Shown here piece after piece: positions 12,736-24,850 of a stretch of 64,000 bases of DNA. Source of the DNA: Octopus bimaculoides (taxonomy: Eukaryota). Numbering within the stretch: the first letter of the stretch is position 1; each line of letters starts with the position of its first letter. The DNA is taken from the NCBI RefSeq assembly GCF_001194135.2, contig NC_068994.1, positions 23,102,296-23,166,295 on the forward strand, given 5' to 3'. Made by a program: the position numbers and the translations under genes. The notes beneath the pieces are model-generated. The model saw only the letters and a program-made list of their open reading frames with translations, made no database searches and was not told the DNA's origin.

Positions 12736-14280
12736 CTGAAAAATTCAAAATTGACAAAAAAGAATTACTCTTAGATCTATACTCCCAGCTGATGGCACAA
12801 TTTATTTAAAATTTTTTAGGATGTGTTAGAATGTCAATTGACAGGTCACAGAGACAAGCAGACTTAATTGAGTTTAAATTCAAATAAAAGTGAGAAAAAA
12901 AAGGAAAAAGATTCTTGTGATACTTAATAAGGGGGAAGGGACTAAAATGTCACAAGTATTTTCATTTTATTTATTCAATTCTAAGAAAAAAAAAGAAAGA
13001 AAGAAAGGAGACCCATTCCTCTTTCCAATGAGTTGAATTATTACATGCATTCAGATAGTTACAGTTATTTAATTCGACTACATATTTTACAGAGTATTTT
13101 GGCAGAAAAGATTTCCTAGATACATGAAGGTATGTGTATATAACACAACCAACAGGTGTAGAAATTCAGTATCTCTTTATTCCTTAGCAAGCTCAGGATG
13201 ATTAAATGTTTAACCAAAGTGAGTAACCTTCATTTATATTTCTGCAAATTAATGCAGTAATCAGCTTTAATTTCTTCCCTATTTTAACATCACCTTCTGT
13301 TCACCAGCCCAGTCTTGCATAATCTTTTAGATAAAATTTCTCCCTGTTTTCTCTACTTAGTATACTTTTTCACTCTAGTTCATATTTTCTATCTTTCATC
13401 TTCCATTGACATCATCAACAAAGACACTCAACTTCTCTGATGGAAAGTTTCACTTTTTAACACTTTCAAGATCACCTGTAGTCTCTACAATAAGGGTGCT
13501 CTACATAGTCACTTAACTTGTTAGAAATAATAGCAAAATTCCCTCAAATCACACCTTGCCAACTTAAAAGGCAGGAATGTCATTGATCATAGATATATTT
13601 GATCAGGGGTGACTTAGGATTAAACAACAACATATGTAGATAACAATATTTTTTTACAATGCACAGAACTAATTTTGCTCTGAGATGTGATATCTAAGAC
13701 AGCATCAAAATTTTGCTAAAATCATAATATTTTAGCAAAATTAAAAGGATGAGATACAACACAAGCGATAATAACACTCAGAACCACAGGCCACCATCTC
13801 TAGGCTACAACTAATAAATTTGGTGGTTAATAAACCATCAGTAGAAGATTTTTCTACCCATTTTCTTGTAATTGGGAGATACAGGAATTAAGAATATACT
13901 GGAATTTACAGTATCTATAGTGTCAGTCTGGGGCTGAAGTCCACATGTTTGCTACTCAAAATGGAAACATTAAACTTGCTAAAGCGGTATGACAGAATAT
14001 TTTATGATAGCAACTCGCCTATGACCAATTCTGGTTTTAACCCTTCAATAATAATTTTATGCAGAATTTTGTTATACCTCAAATGCCAGCTTAATGATGA
14101 TAAAGTTAGTAATTTTATTAAATTCCTCCATATTTGAGATATTTTTCAGAATATTTTGTATGGAGTACAATCAAGATAGAGTTTGCATATTTATATCATG
14201 TATTAAAATGAAATGAAAAAAGAGTAATTTCATTTGGGAAAAATACAAATTAATAGACTGTACAAAATATAAATAATATT

Positions 14281-14465
14281 GGCTTCAAATTTTGGCACAA
14301 GGCCAGGAATTTTGGGGAAGGAGTTAAGTCAATGACATCAACCCCAGAGCTCAACTGGTACTTATGTTAGCAATCCCGAAAGGATGAAAGGCAAAGTGGA
14401 CCTCAGCAGAATTTGAACTCAGAATGTAGAGATGGTATGCTAATAATTCTGCCAGCTAACCACCT
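14281..14465 (-). mobile_element. tRNA-derived SINE (Meta/MESC-like core), inverted relative to the 4473 and 19885 copies
   Basis: Reverse complement contains ctgagttcaaattctgctgaggtccactttgcctttcatcctttcggg..taagtaccagttgag. Confidence 0.8.
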
Positions 14466-14560
14466 TAAGATATTATAAATAATACTAGAAGTTCTTGATA
14501 TTAAAGTTTATCATAAAAATACACAGAAGTACAAATAATGTCCTAAAAAATAATATTTAC

Positions 14561-14656
14561 CTGAGAATAGAGCTGCCCATGGAGTGATGTTTCATTGCCT
14601 TGATTGCTTGATAATGGATGTCTGTGTGAATCAAGGAAATTACTCCCAATTCCAAT
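14561..14656 (-). CDS. M13 peptidase exon B (96 nt, phase 0-0), divergent
   Basis: Acceptor ctttattaacag|, donor CAG|gtaaat. Open frame IGIGSNFLDSHRHPLSSNQGNETSLHGQLYSQ joins exons A and C in frame and contains an NET sequon. Similarity to the canonical IDQxxLGLPxRDYY exon is weak. Confidence 0.7.
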
Positions 14657-15679
14657 CTGTTAATAAAGATCATATGTTATAAAAAACGAATCTCATTTAA
14701 ATACCTATGTGTGTGTTCTGAACGAACAAGAAAGCCCCTATGTGGTCACCCAATCTGTCAGAAATAAAAATCAAACTCTTTTTCAAATGACATCTGCTGT
14801 CTTAAAAAAGACACGTTGGATAATGTTATCTTAGACACAGTGTGTCTATAAAGCAAAACACACAGGATGATCACAGCTGGAATGCCTTCTGATTAATGGT
14901 TGGCTTGATTAGCACTTGACTTTGGGATAAACAACATCATGTTGTTGTTGCCTCTATGCTGCTGTTCAACTGACTAAAAAGTAGCAGCTAAATTCCCTTA
15001 AATTACCCCATACTGCCTTAGAAAAGAAGGTAATATTGTGTAATGTGACATGGATGCATACATTATGGTTAGGAAAAGACATGATAGTCATGATTAGAAT
15101 ATCTTTGGTCATAGATCAGTGAGGCCAGGGCTGACCTGGGGTTAAATTATAACAGCATCAACAATGGCAACAACAACCTACTTACCTATCAACTATACAC
15201 TTGGTAATGTATTTATTTTCCAAAATGTTCACACACCTACCAATGTGTCTTTGTTAATTTATGTGTCTAGTCATTCAGTCTTAGTAACCATTAGACTCAT
15301 CTTTTATCTTTTACCTTCTACTTGTTTCAGCCATTAGATTGTGGAATTGCTGTATTTTAGTCGAACAAATCAACCCCAGTACTTACATTTTTTGAAACCT
15401 GGTACTTATTGCTTTGGTCTCTTTTGAAGAACCACTAAGTTATGGGGGTGTAAACACACCTACATCGGTTATCAAGCAATGGTGGGGGACAAACACTGAC
15501 ACAAAAGATGTTTCTAAGCTTTCATAAATTTGTGTTGGTTTACCAATTATAAAGTTTTACATCTATAGCATAATTTTCCACTTGAATTATCTTAATTGTT
15601 TTATATTCACACAGACCGTTTGACAGATTTCTACTTATGTTCATTCTGAGTAATCTTATCATGAACAAGATTTAGTTGA

Positions 15680-16385
15680 TCATCTTGTGATCTGACCTCA
15701 CCAATTCTGCCTATGATTTTTTTGACTTCCCCAGTCATAGGCCTCTTTCACTATTATCTCCTTACACATTTTTCTCAGTATTTATTGACCATTTCTAGCA
15801 CATATTTAAGCTGCTGCAGTAATCTCTTCTGTATATCATGGCTGATACATTTTAAGCTAAGTCAATCCCTCAGCTCACTGTGTCTGCTTTTCATACAGGT
15901 TAATATTGCACATACAGTAGATCATGCCTAACTATTTGTTTTTCACTCTGGCTTTCTTGCATATTCAGTGCTCATATCACAAAACCATGCAGCATCATAC
16001 TTTCTACAAATTCTTTAAACACTCTATCATAACCAGAAATTCTTTATCACTTTATCAAGAGAAGCAGCAGTTCCCTGAAATTCTTCTACCCCATCTTTAC
16101 CTTGCTACTTTGCACAAACTGACTACACAAAAGTTATAATTGTTGAGTACTCAATTATTTGTGCTATGTAACAAATTTCCTTCTACTTTTTTTTATATGT
16201 AGAATTAAGCAATTTCCCAGAGATATTAGAATTTATGTTGCTAGGCACTTTTTTACTAAGATCACTTTTGTATGATTGGAATTTTTTGTAGCTCTTCTAC
16301 AGATTCAGCAATGAGAATACTGTTATCAGCTTATAAGAGTTCTCTTGCACAACAGTACTGATTGCTGTGCTACAGCCTCATATAC
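15680..16385 (-). mobile_element. Old RTE LINE, RT C-terminal half
   Basis: Degraded matches to WELLYADD, AESVEELQKKF, GWKKFRELLPLL, SMMLHG and the RGRPKK region. Confidence 0.7.
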
Positions 16386-16386
16386 C

Positions 16387-16985
16387 TTATGATTTGAGTA
16401 AATAACTGGATCTTCAACTGTAAAAGCTGCATTCTAAAAAGAAAGCAAACACTTGATCTGTAATGTGGAATAAAAGCAAATAACGATTCAGTGAAAATAT
16501 GCAATCAATCTGATATTCAAGTAATCAATCTGCTTTATATGCTAGGAGGAAGAAACTGAATATTAAGACTCATAAATTAAGAAGATGAAAAGTTGGCTCT
16601 AATAAAACATAAGCAAAGAAATGTTTTCATCTGAGATCTAACTAAAAATCTGTAAACAATGACTAAATTGATCCAATAAAACCAAATAACATGATGTGCA
16701 ATATCACATGTGTAATCTAACATGAGAGGCATAAAATAAAATAGCGTATCTGCAATGCATTCTTATGAAGAGAATATTAACCAAACTGACTAAGAGAATG
16801 TGTATTTAGAAATAACGATATTAATGCATAGTATAGAATTCAAGAACATATTGATATTGCTAAAATAATTTTTCAGAGGAAATTGCAATATTAATGAAGA
16901 CAGTATTTGGGAATTTAGTGGTGTTAATTCTGATCTTTGTAAACCTGTTATAAATGCAGATAATTTAGTATCCCTTAATTATTTT
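16387..16985 (+). repeat. ~600-bp direct repeat, copy 1 (copy 2 at 24256-24850)
   Basis: Near-identical by eye over several hundred bases to the 24.3-kb copy, e.g. caatcaatctgatattcaagtaatcaatctgctttatatgctaggaggaagaaactg. Confidence 0.95.
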
Positions 16986-17869
16986 AACTTCTTTCTTGTT
17001 TCTTTCAGGATTGTATATATGATGGGTGTTTGGATGGGTTTTGATCATTGTGGTTTAAGTTTGCTTTTTAGCTACGTGCTTTTGTGTTCAATCCCCTTGT
17101 GCAGCATCTTGATCAAATGTCTTCAAGTCTTCTACAACAGACTTGGGTTCATCAAAGTCTTGTAAGGGTAATTTGAGAGATGGAGACTGTGGAAACCAGT
17201 CAAAATAACCTTCTTATTCTTGTGAGATAGAGTTAATTAGTCATTTGGCATTACAATCCCACTTGCCCCTGAATCCATTAGCAGAGTCCATTCTGTTGCA
17301 AATATTTGGATCAGGTCTCCACTCTAAAGATAATTTCATTCCATCCTCCTACCAGTCTTGGAGGCCTCGAAAAGGGTCAATGGTACTCTGCTCTGGCTCC
17401 TATGACTAAAACATGTATATCATTATGTGAGACTCCCCGAAGAATGTCACATCTCTAAGCAAACTCTTTCACCAACGACCAGTCTTTTACCACTAACTAG
17501 ATTAACTAACAAATAAAACAAGATAAGAAATTTGGTCAAACTACTTTTGTATTAAATTCTTCCTTGAATTTGCTGAGAACCATAACTTTATTTACAGCCT
17601 CTACTCACTATTTTACATAGCTTCAAGTGATCTCACCAGTTATTTATCTGTACATTGCTTTCTTTGGTTTCAGAGAGTAGAATGCTGTCCAAAATCTTTT
17701 TTTGGTTGAGAACTTTTTTCTTGAAGCAATAACTTCTCTTGCAGGTGAGAAAAGTGCATTTCAGAATTACTAGTACAAAGACAAATGCGCCAAAGGGAGA
17801 TTGTATGTTAATGCTTGAGGTATTAACAAACAAATATCCTTGAAAATTACATCTTACTATTTAAAAAAA

Positions 17870-18600
17870 TGGATGTATACAGTGAATAATGCTTACAATT
17901 CTTCCCAATCAGTGTTGAATAGTGATTAAGCATCTGTAACAACAGCCCAGATTGCATTTTATTCTTATCATGCTCTAACTTGCTAAAATGTTATCAATGA
18001 CTTTCAAAACTTATTTCAACTGTTTGTAACTTCTATAATTGCCTTTCGTTAGTGCTAATTCTTTTCCTTTAACCAATTGATGATACTTGTACTCCAGTCA
18101 TTAGAGATAACACTTTCTTACACCATTGCATTAATTAGACAAGTATTGAATGTATGAATTATATATCTTCGTGTCATCAAAAGATCAGCATAATCTTCAT
18201 CGGACTTGTTGCTTTCCTTGCTTTCATTTCCTTAGTAGCCTTGATAGCTAACTTGATAGATGACCACTCTTTTGGTTTTATATAGATTAGTCTCTTGCCA
18301 TGCTGTTCAAAATTCTCATTCAACAGTCTCTTATTTTTACTTGTATACCTTTTTCTTTTTCTCATTACTGAGAGTAAGTGTACTATTGTCATAGCAGGCA
18401 AATTTTTCTTAATGGCATCTTACTTCATACGAGTGCATTGCTTAGCAATTTGAAACCTTTACCTCAGAATACAGAGCATTACTGAATAGCTGATTCTTAG
18501 CTTTTATCTAGGCTAAATATATCCAATGCCTTGCTACTTTGATATTGCTTGTGAAACCTGCTTTCTTTCACTGCTTCTGAGCCTAAAGCCCTATCCACAA
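17870..18600 (-). mobile_element. Old RTE LINE, linker and RT N-terminal part (probably the same insertion as 15680-16385)
   Basis: Degraded matches: KEMKARKATSP (cf. MKxGKAPGP), VISNDWSTSII, KGNYR, MQSG..TDA. Confidence 0.65.
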
Positions 18601-18910
18601 ATAATGCCATAAGCATGTTATAGAATGACACATAATTCTAAGTAAGGTAAGCATATAAAACCAAATTGCTTATATCTTTTGATTATTAGTACAATGTATT
18701 TTTCCTTAAATATTTTTATCATTGAAACATTATTATAGAGAATATCTTCTTGTTTTTAGATTAAGGAGCAATGTTTCAAAAACAAGTTCTATCAGAGGAC
18801 AGTAGTTATTGAGCTGTATTTGTTTTAAGTGTAACAAATCACAGCCATAAATTATTTGACTTATTAACCACAGATGTTTCCACATACAAATCTAAATTTC
18901 ATATGATTAA

Positions 18911-19086
18911 CCCTTTATCGTTCAGATTACTCTAACAAATGTAAGTTTTATTTATTCTCATTGTTTTGAATTAGTTATGCATTATCTTGTAGCTTTGAGA
19001 TTTCAATAACGTTATTGCTTATTTTTAGTATAACATTGTAGGGTATGTGAGAGAGCCTGGATACGGCCAGTTTAAATGCTAAAGGG
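18911..19086. mobile_element. piggyBac-type MITE, about 135 nt downstream of the exon A donor
   Basis: TTAA|ccctttatcgtt ... aatgctaaaggg|TTAA. Confidence 0.7.
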
Positions 19087-19224
19087 TTAAATTTCTCTTT
19101 CAAATGAATGGCTACTAATGTCACAATGTCATTAATCATAGTGGAATATAAATAAAATACCATCAGATGTTTAAGAAATGCAACAGTAAAATGGAAAGAA
19201 AAAAGCAACAATGCAATGTATTAC

Positions 19225-19520
19225 CTTGAATATATTCCTTGACAGATCCATTTCATCAACGTCAACTGTGATTCGAAATAGAGGCCATATGTCCAGGAGA
19301 TGTATCTCAAGTAAAACAGACTCAAATGTCCACTCGGGATATAAAATTGTATTGTTGGTGGCATTTTTTAAACTCCAGCCACCAACTTTATGGATAAGTT
19401 TTCTTAAAGAGTCAAGTGTTTTTTTCCGGATATCTTGTTTGAAGCCATCACTCTCCAAAAGGCAGGAATTATAAAAGTTTTTTACTTTTTGTTCTAGAGG
19501 CCCGATCAACTGTAAATTTT
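19225..19520 (-). CDS. M13 (neprilysin/ECE-like) metallopeptidase, internal exon A (296 nt, phase 1 to 0)
   Basis: Acceptor tttcattcag|AA AAT, donor AAG|gtaata. Reads (E)NLQLIGPLEQKVKNFYNSCLLES..IHKVGGWSLKNATNNT..WTFESVLLEIHLLDIWPLFRITVDVDEMDLSRNIFK, matching M13 N-domain motifs KAKxFYxSC, LGGW and PLFxxxVxxDxxNSxxNII. Splice positions resemble vertebrate ECE1/MME boundaries as recalled from memory. Confidence 0.92.
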
Positions 19521-19559
19521 CTGAATGAAATAAATATTTGAAATATATGAACTGAATAA

Positions 19560-19775
19560 CAATGAATGAATGAATGACTGAATGAATGAATGAATGAATG
19601 ACTGAATGAATGAATGAATGAATGAATACATGTATGTATGTATGTATGAATGTATGTATGTATGTATGTATGTATGAATGAATGTATGTGTGTGTGTATG
19701 TATGTATTATGTATGTGTGCATGTATGCAAGCATGTATGTATGTGTGTTTGTATATGTATGTATGCATGTATGTA
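19560..19775. repeat. Compound (AATG)n/(ATGT)n microsatellite just upstream of the exon A acceptor
   Basis: Direct reading. Confidence 0.95.
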
Positions 19776-19884
19776 ACCATGTTCAAATACTAGATTAACC
19801 ATCAATTTCACTACAACTGTCGATTTCACCATCTTTTCAGATTATCAAGTAATGATATTAATCTATCTTTATTATAGAATGAAG

Positions 19885-20083
19885 GTAAGCTGGTAAGCAG
19901 GCAGAATCGTTAGCATGCTTCACAGTATTTGGTCCGTCTTTATGTTCTAAGTTCAAACTCCGCCAAAGTTGACTTTGCCTTTCATCCTTTTGGGGTGGAT
20001 AAATTAAGTACCAGTGAAATATTGGGGTTGATGTAATAGCCCTTTCTCTTGAATTTCAGGCCTTGTACCTGTAGTAGAAAGAA
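19885..20083 (+). mobile_element. tRNA-derived SINE (Meta/MESC-like core)
   Basis: A-box-like ggcagaatcgttagc, B-box-like aagttcaaactcc, and the shared core. Further copies: about 20805-20925(+), 21705-21915(-), 27010-27205(-), 39320-39450(+), 50685-50892(-), 61473-61683(+), 61746-61957(+). Confidence 0.8.
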
Positions 20084-20469
20084 TTATAGAGTGAAGGCAG
20101 ATTAAAGTCATTGCCAGATGATGGAACTGAGACTTTGATCTTGGAATATAAGAGGCACAGATAAATTATCATTTCTATCACTGAACAACAATGACAATGA
20201 TGATGATAACATTGGTCTTTTGTCTTTGGGGAATCAAATGAAGGAGACACTACAAAGACAGATAATATAAAGTGGCGACAGAGGCAGGGCAGTTTTCTCA
20301 AAAATTGAGTCAGGAAAAACAGCAAATGAAATCAAATTTATTTATAGTATAGAAATAAATGGTGAAACAGTTCTTCTGATAAAGGGGTGTCTCTAACCAG
20401 GATCAATAAAAAAAAACACTAACTGATTCAGAATTATACTGATTACCAAGGGCAAATACCTTCTCTTAC

Positions 20470-20670
20470 ATGTTATCCTCAGATCCACAAATGCTTGCTT
20501 AGAATAGAACCTCTCTCTTGCTATGTTCACCACAGTCAACCATCTTCTAACAAATTTATGGCTGGAATGAACCTCTCTCTCTGCCCTTATCTTTCTTTCT
20601 AATTCAAGAAGAAAGTATCTGTCTTCAGTCAATTTGTCCACCAATCTTTTTTTGCCATAGCCATGAGATA
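20470..20670 (-). mobile_element. Tx1/L1-clade LINE ORF2 C-terminal remnant
   Basis: Reads YFLLELERKIRAEREVHSSHKFVRRWLTVVNIAR, resembling the Tx1 ORF2 terminus RKxxxER..L...F..RW (recalled pattern). Confidence 0.55.
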
Positions 20671-23600
20671 GAGGAAAACATAAAGAGGTATGACTAAATA
20701 CTGCAAGATGTTTTGACATTCTAATGATTCTGAAAACCCACTAAAAGAGTTTTAAACAGTCTGAACACAATGTATTTTCCACACAAATATCAGTGAAGTT
20801 GAGAAGTTGTTAGCACAGAGTTCTAAATATCTTGCAGTATTTATTTTGGCTCTCCACACTTTATGTTCAAGTCCCATCTATGTCAGTTCTACATTTTATC
20901 CTTTTGGGGTTGATAAAATAAAGGATATTCCCCAGAAAAAGAGTGGTGGACTTGTTAAAGTAGCAAAGAGAATGTTTTACAGTATGCAGTTCTGGCTCTT
21001 TGCCTGGTTTTAACATCTGCAGCTGGTTCTTGTGAGCTTTTAGCAGCATCCACATCATCACAAATGTCTGGACTAGGTCACTAATTTGAGGAAAAATTCC
21101 TCTCCTTCCTGCCCAGTTTTGAAGGCCTTAAAAAATAAGGGTTCATGGGTACTGACCTTCCCTTTATTAGTGGGAAGAAAATAACACAACTTGCACAACA
21201 TGTATTTTACAGAGTCATCTCCAGACAACATGTACTTTACAGAGTCATCTCCAAACTGTATAACACATGACATGTTCTTCACAACTGCAACTGATAAAAT
21301 AATGCAATACATAGCCTTATTCTATATCCAATAGCATAAAACTAACAACTCACACAGTTTCAACCCACTAACAAAACACAAAACAATACAGAACTAATTA
21401 TTTTACATGATCACTAACTGATACTAAAACATTTATCTCAAACCACACATCACATACAAATCACAAAAACCACCCAACAAAATAACACAACTCATAATGC
21501 ACACATTCTATATAATAGGTGAAATATTAAGATAACAATTCCAGCCACGAAACAAATCCTGCAACAAATCTAATGTAGTATATACAAACACAACTCTACA
21601 CCCTAGAAGACAGTGCGGCACACACTTTAGGGATATAGATGTACTAAGTTGTACTAAGTTGTTGAAGACATGATGATGGTGCTGATAATGATGATGATGA
21701 TTGTTTCTAATGCAGGCACAAGGCCAGATATTTTTTGGAGAAAAGGGTTATTTGATCAAATAAGCCCTTGTGTTTGACTGTACTTTACTTTATCAACACC
21801 ATAAGGATGAAAGGTAGAGCTGACCGTAGCAAGATTCCAGCTCAGGACATACAGAACTGTATCCAAATTCTTCAAGGCATTTTATCTGATGCTCTAATTA
21901 TTTTGACAATCCAATAATAACAACGCATTTTATTATTCACATACAAAAGGAAAGGAACACAGATATTGGTATGGATTATTTTGCCTCTCAAAGCAAATGT
22001 ATAATATGTGCCTGAATATAGAATATAGCAAATGACTAAAAGCAAAGCCTGAAGTTATAAGAATAATGTTCTAACATAGAATTATTTCTGTCTTGAACTC
22101 TGATGTCAGCCATATTTCAATAATTTCATGGTTGTTTTGATTTCCAATATAAGTGTATGGCCCCTGTTATTTTGCCTTTTTCTTCCCTACTTTTCATTTC
22201 CACCATTAATCTTCTTCTTTTTCCTCTTCATTTCCTTTCCCTCTTTCTTAGTTTCCTCTTCTGTTCATTGTAATTTCATTCCTCTTTATTCGTTTATATC
22301 TTCTTGCTTTTTAGTTATATCTCATTTTCTTTATTATTTCTTTACTCACTTTCATTTCTTACTTTCGTTATTGTTTCCATTAACAATCTCTACTGCTATT
22401 TTCACCTTTATACTTCTTATCTTTCCTCAGGAGATGTTAATGAAAGCCAAGATTATCTACAGCCACATCAACAATAAACTTCAGATGAAGTCTATCATTA
22501 TTTTATTTCTGACATCACATTTCTTCATATCAATTTCAAAATTATTGGAAAGGGATTTTCTTTCCCGTCCTATTTTCTGTAGCTGTTCCATAACTTTTAT
22601 TATATATGTTTGTGATAAATGCTGATAAAATGGTACTGTGCCAAGCTAGATCAATTTTGACTTGTCTACTGGTGTTGAGCCAATTTCTTCAATTGGTTTC
22701 GGTCATTAAAGTCCAGAATTTTATTATCTTGATTCTCTTGAAGGTAATGTAACAGTAACAACCATGTTTTCTGAAATATATTCCTTCTAATCAGTAATTT
22801 ATAAATGATTGGTATCTGAAGCACATTTCAAGACAGATTATCACATAATGTGCAGAAGTAAGATAATTCAATCATAGATGGGACAATGTAAAAAGGCAAG
22901 ATTGTAAAGTGATTGTTTGATAAATGAAGAACAAATAAAAGCAGGAAGTTAGAAATGAATAAAAAAAAAAAGATAAACTATAGAAGAACAATTAAAAAAA
23001 TATATGTATTTTTGTGTTACAAAGAATGGGACAATTTTTTTAACATATAATGGATAAACTTTCTGTGAGAACCTGTTGTAGAATGTGTCAACTAAGGTAA
23101 TAAATATACTAATCAATTTTTGAACTCAGATAAAGGTAGGTACTTATTCACAAGTTATATAGATTAAAAAGAAAAGAAATGTACAAAAGACTTGTGAACT
23201 AGAGTTTAACAAAGTGATCCAAGCAAAAACCAGCAATGAAGAAATTGTGAAAATAGGATAAAATAAATGTAGATAACGGAAACAAAACATGAGAGAGTCA
23301 ATCAAGCTTTCAATTTAAAGTATATTGCAATAGCATAGAGAAACATGATGTTCTGGACACTACAATCAGAGACAGTTATTTACAAATAAATGGCTTGAAA
23401 TGAGACATTATTAGAAAATGTGAAATGAAATTAGTGTATTAGGCATACACGCTTAATTTATTTGTTCATTCATACATACATATACACATGCATACATACA
23501 TGTGTGTGTGTGTGTACTTGTGGTTTATATACAAGGTTTTCTGCTTGTGTGTCTGGTATATAGACAACAAAGGATTTGTAGAGAATGGATTTTAGGTTAA

Positions 23601-24255
23601 ATATTTTTGTCTATAATCTAGTAGAACTGTGGATTAATATTCAGAATAAGAACAATATCTATAAAATGTGTGGAAAGGAAGAGTATAAGCATTGTCATTG
23701 TCTTTGTTGTTGTTGTTGTTGTCATCGTCACCATCAAAGTTAGGGCAAAGTTTTGTATGGTTGGATGCCTTTCTTGGTGCCAATCTTCACCTATTTCTAA
23801 GTACAATAATAATCTCCCAGTCTATCAACAACAAACAGCCCAGACATGGTTACAAAGAGAACTGGAAACAAATGACATTGTTTGCATGAAGAGTAAAGCC
23901 ATTGTTTACAACCAAAAGACATATGTGAAGATGAGAATATGAACTCATACAAAAATATACACAGACACATGTATACATACATACTCACAAAAGCTTTGGT
24001 CAGCCCAGGAATATAGTAGGAAGCACTTCCCTAAGATGCTACACAGAGGGACTTGAACCCAAGACCATGTGGTTGGGAAGTGAACTTCTTACCATATGGC
24101 CATGCCTGTACCTCATAGATTGGAAAAAAGATGCATATGAAAATCCAGATTTCTAAATGAAAAGGTCAATCAAATGGGAAAACATTGTGGATGTTTAATT
24201 GTAAAACTAAGGTAAATATAGTGCAGATGAAAAGATGGCTAAATAAACCATTTTA

Positions 24256-24850
24256 TTATGACATGAGTAAACAACTTGATCTTCAACTGTAAAAGCTGCA
24301 TTCTAAAAAGAAGGCAAACACTTGATCTGTAATGTGGGATAAAAGCAAATAACAATTCAGTGAAAATATGCAATCAATCTGATATTCAAGTAATCAATCT
24401 GCTTTATATGCTAGGAGGAAGAAACTGAATATTAAGACTCATAAATTAAGAAGATGAAAAGTTGGCTCTGATAAAACATAAGCAAAGAAATGTTTTCATC
24501 TGAGATCTAACTAAAAATCTGTAAACAATGACTAAATTGATCCAATAAAACCAAATAACATGATGTGCAATATCACATGTGTAATCTAACATGAGAAACA
24601 AAAAATAAAATAGCATATCTACATTGCATTCTTATAAAGAGAATATTAACCAAACTAAGAGAATGTAAATTTAGAAATAACGATATTAATGCATAGTATA
24701 GAATTCAAGAACATATTGATATTGCTAAAATAATTTTTCAGAGGAAATTGCAATATTAATGAAGACAGTATTTGGGAATTTAGTGGTGTTAATTCTGATC
24801 TTCTCTGTATACCTGTTATAAATGCAGATAATTTAGCATTCCTTAAGTAT
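24256..24850 (+). repeat. ~600-bp direct repeat, copy 2
   Basis: Aligns to 16387-16985 with scattered substitutions, one 4-bp and one 2-bp indel. Confidence 0.95.

Noticed and set aside
20393-20719. 108-aa minus-strand ORF as a novel gene or M13 exon
   Set aside because: It starts in a SINE-like fragment, the body resembles a Tx1 ORF2 C-terminus, and it has no M13 similarity or fitting splice phase.
20940-21310. Possible piggyBac transposase C-terminal remnant
   Set aside because: Similarity is too weak to support by eye.
16387-24850. LTR retrotransposon (two direct repeats about 7.3 kb apart)
   Set aside because: No TG..CA ends, PBS, PPT or gag-pol; the interior holds a host exon and unrelated old TEs.
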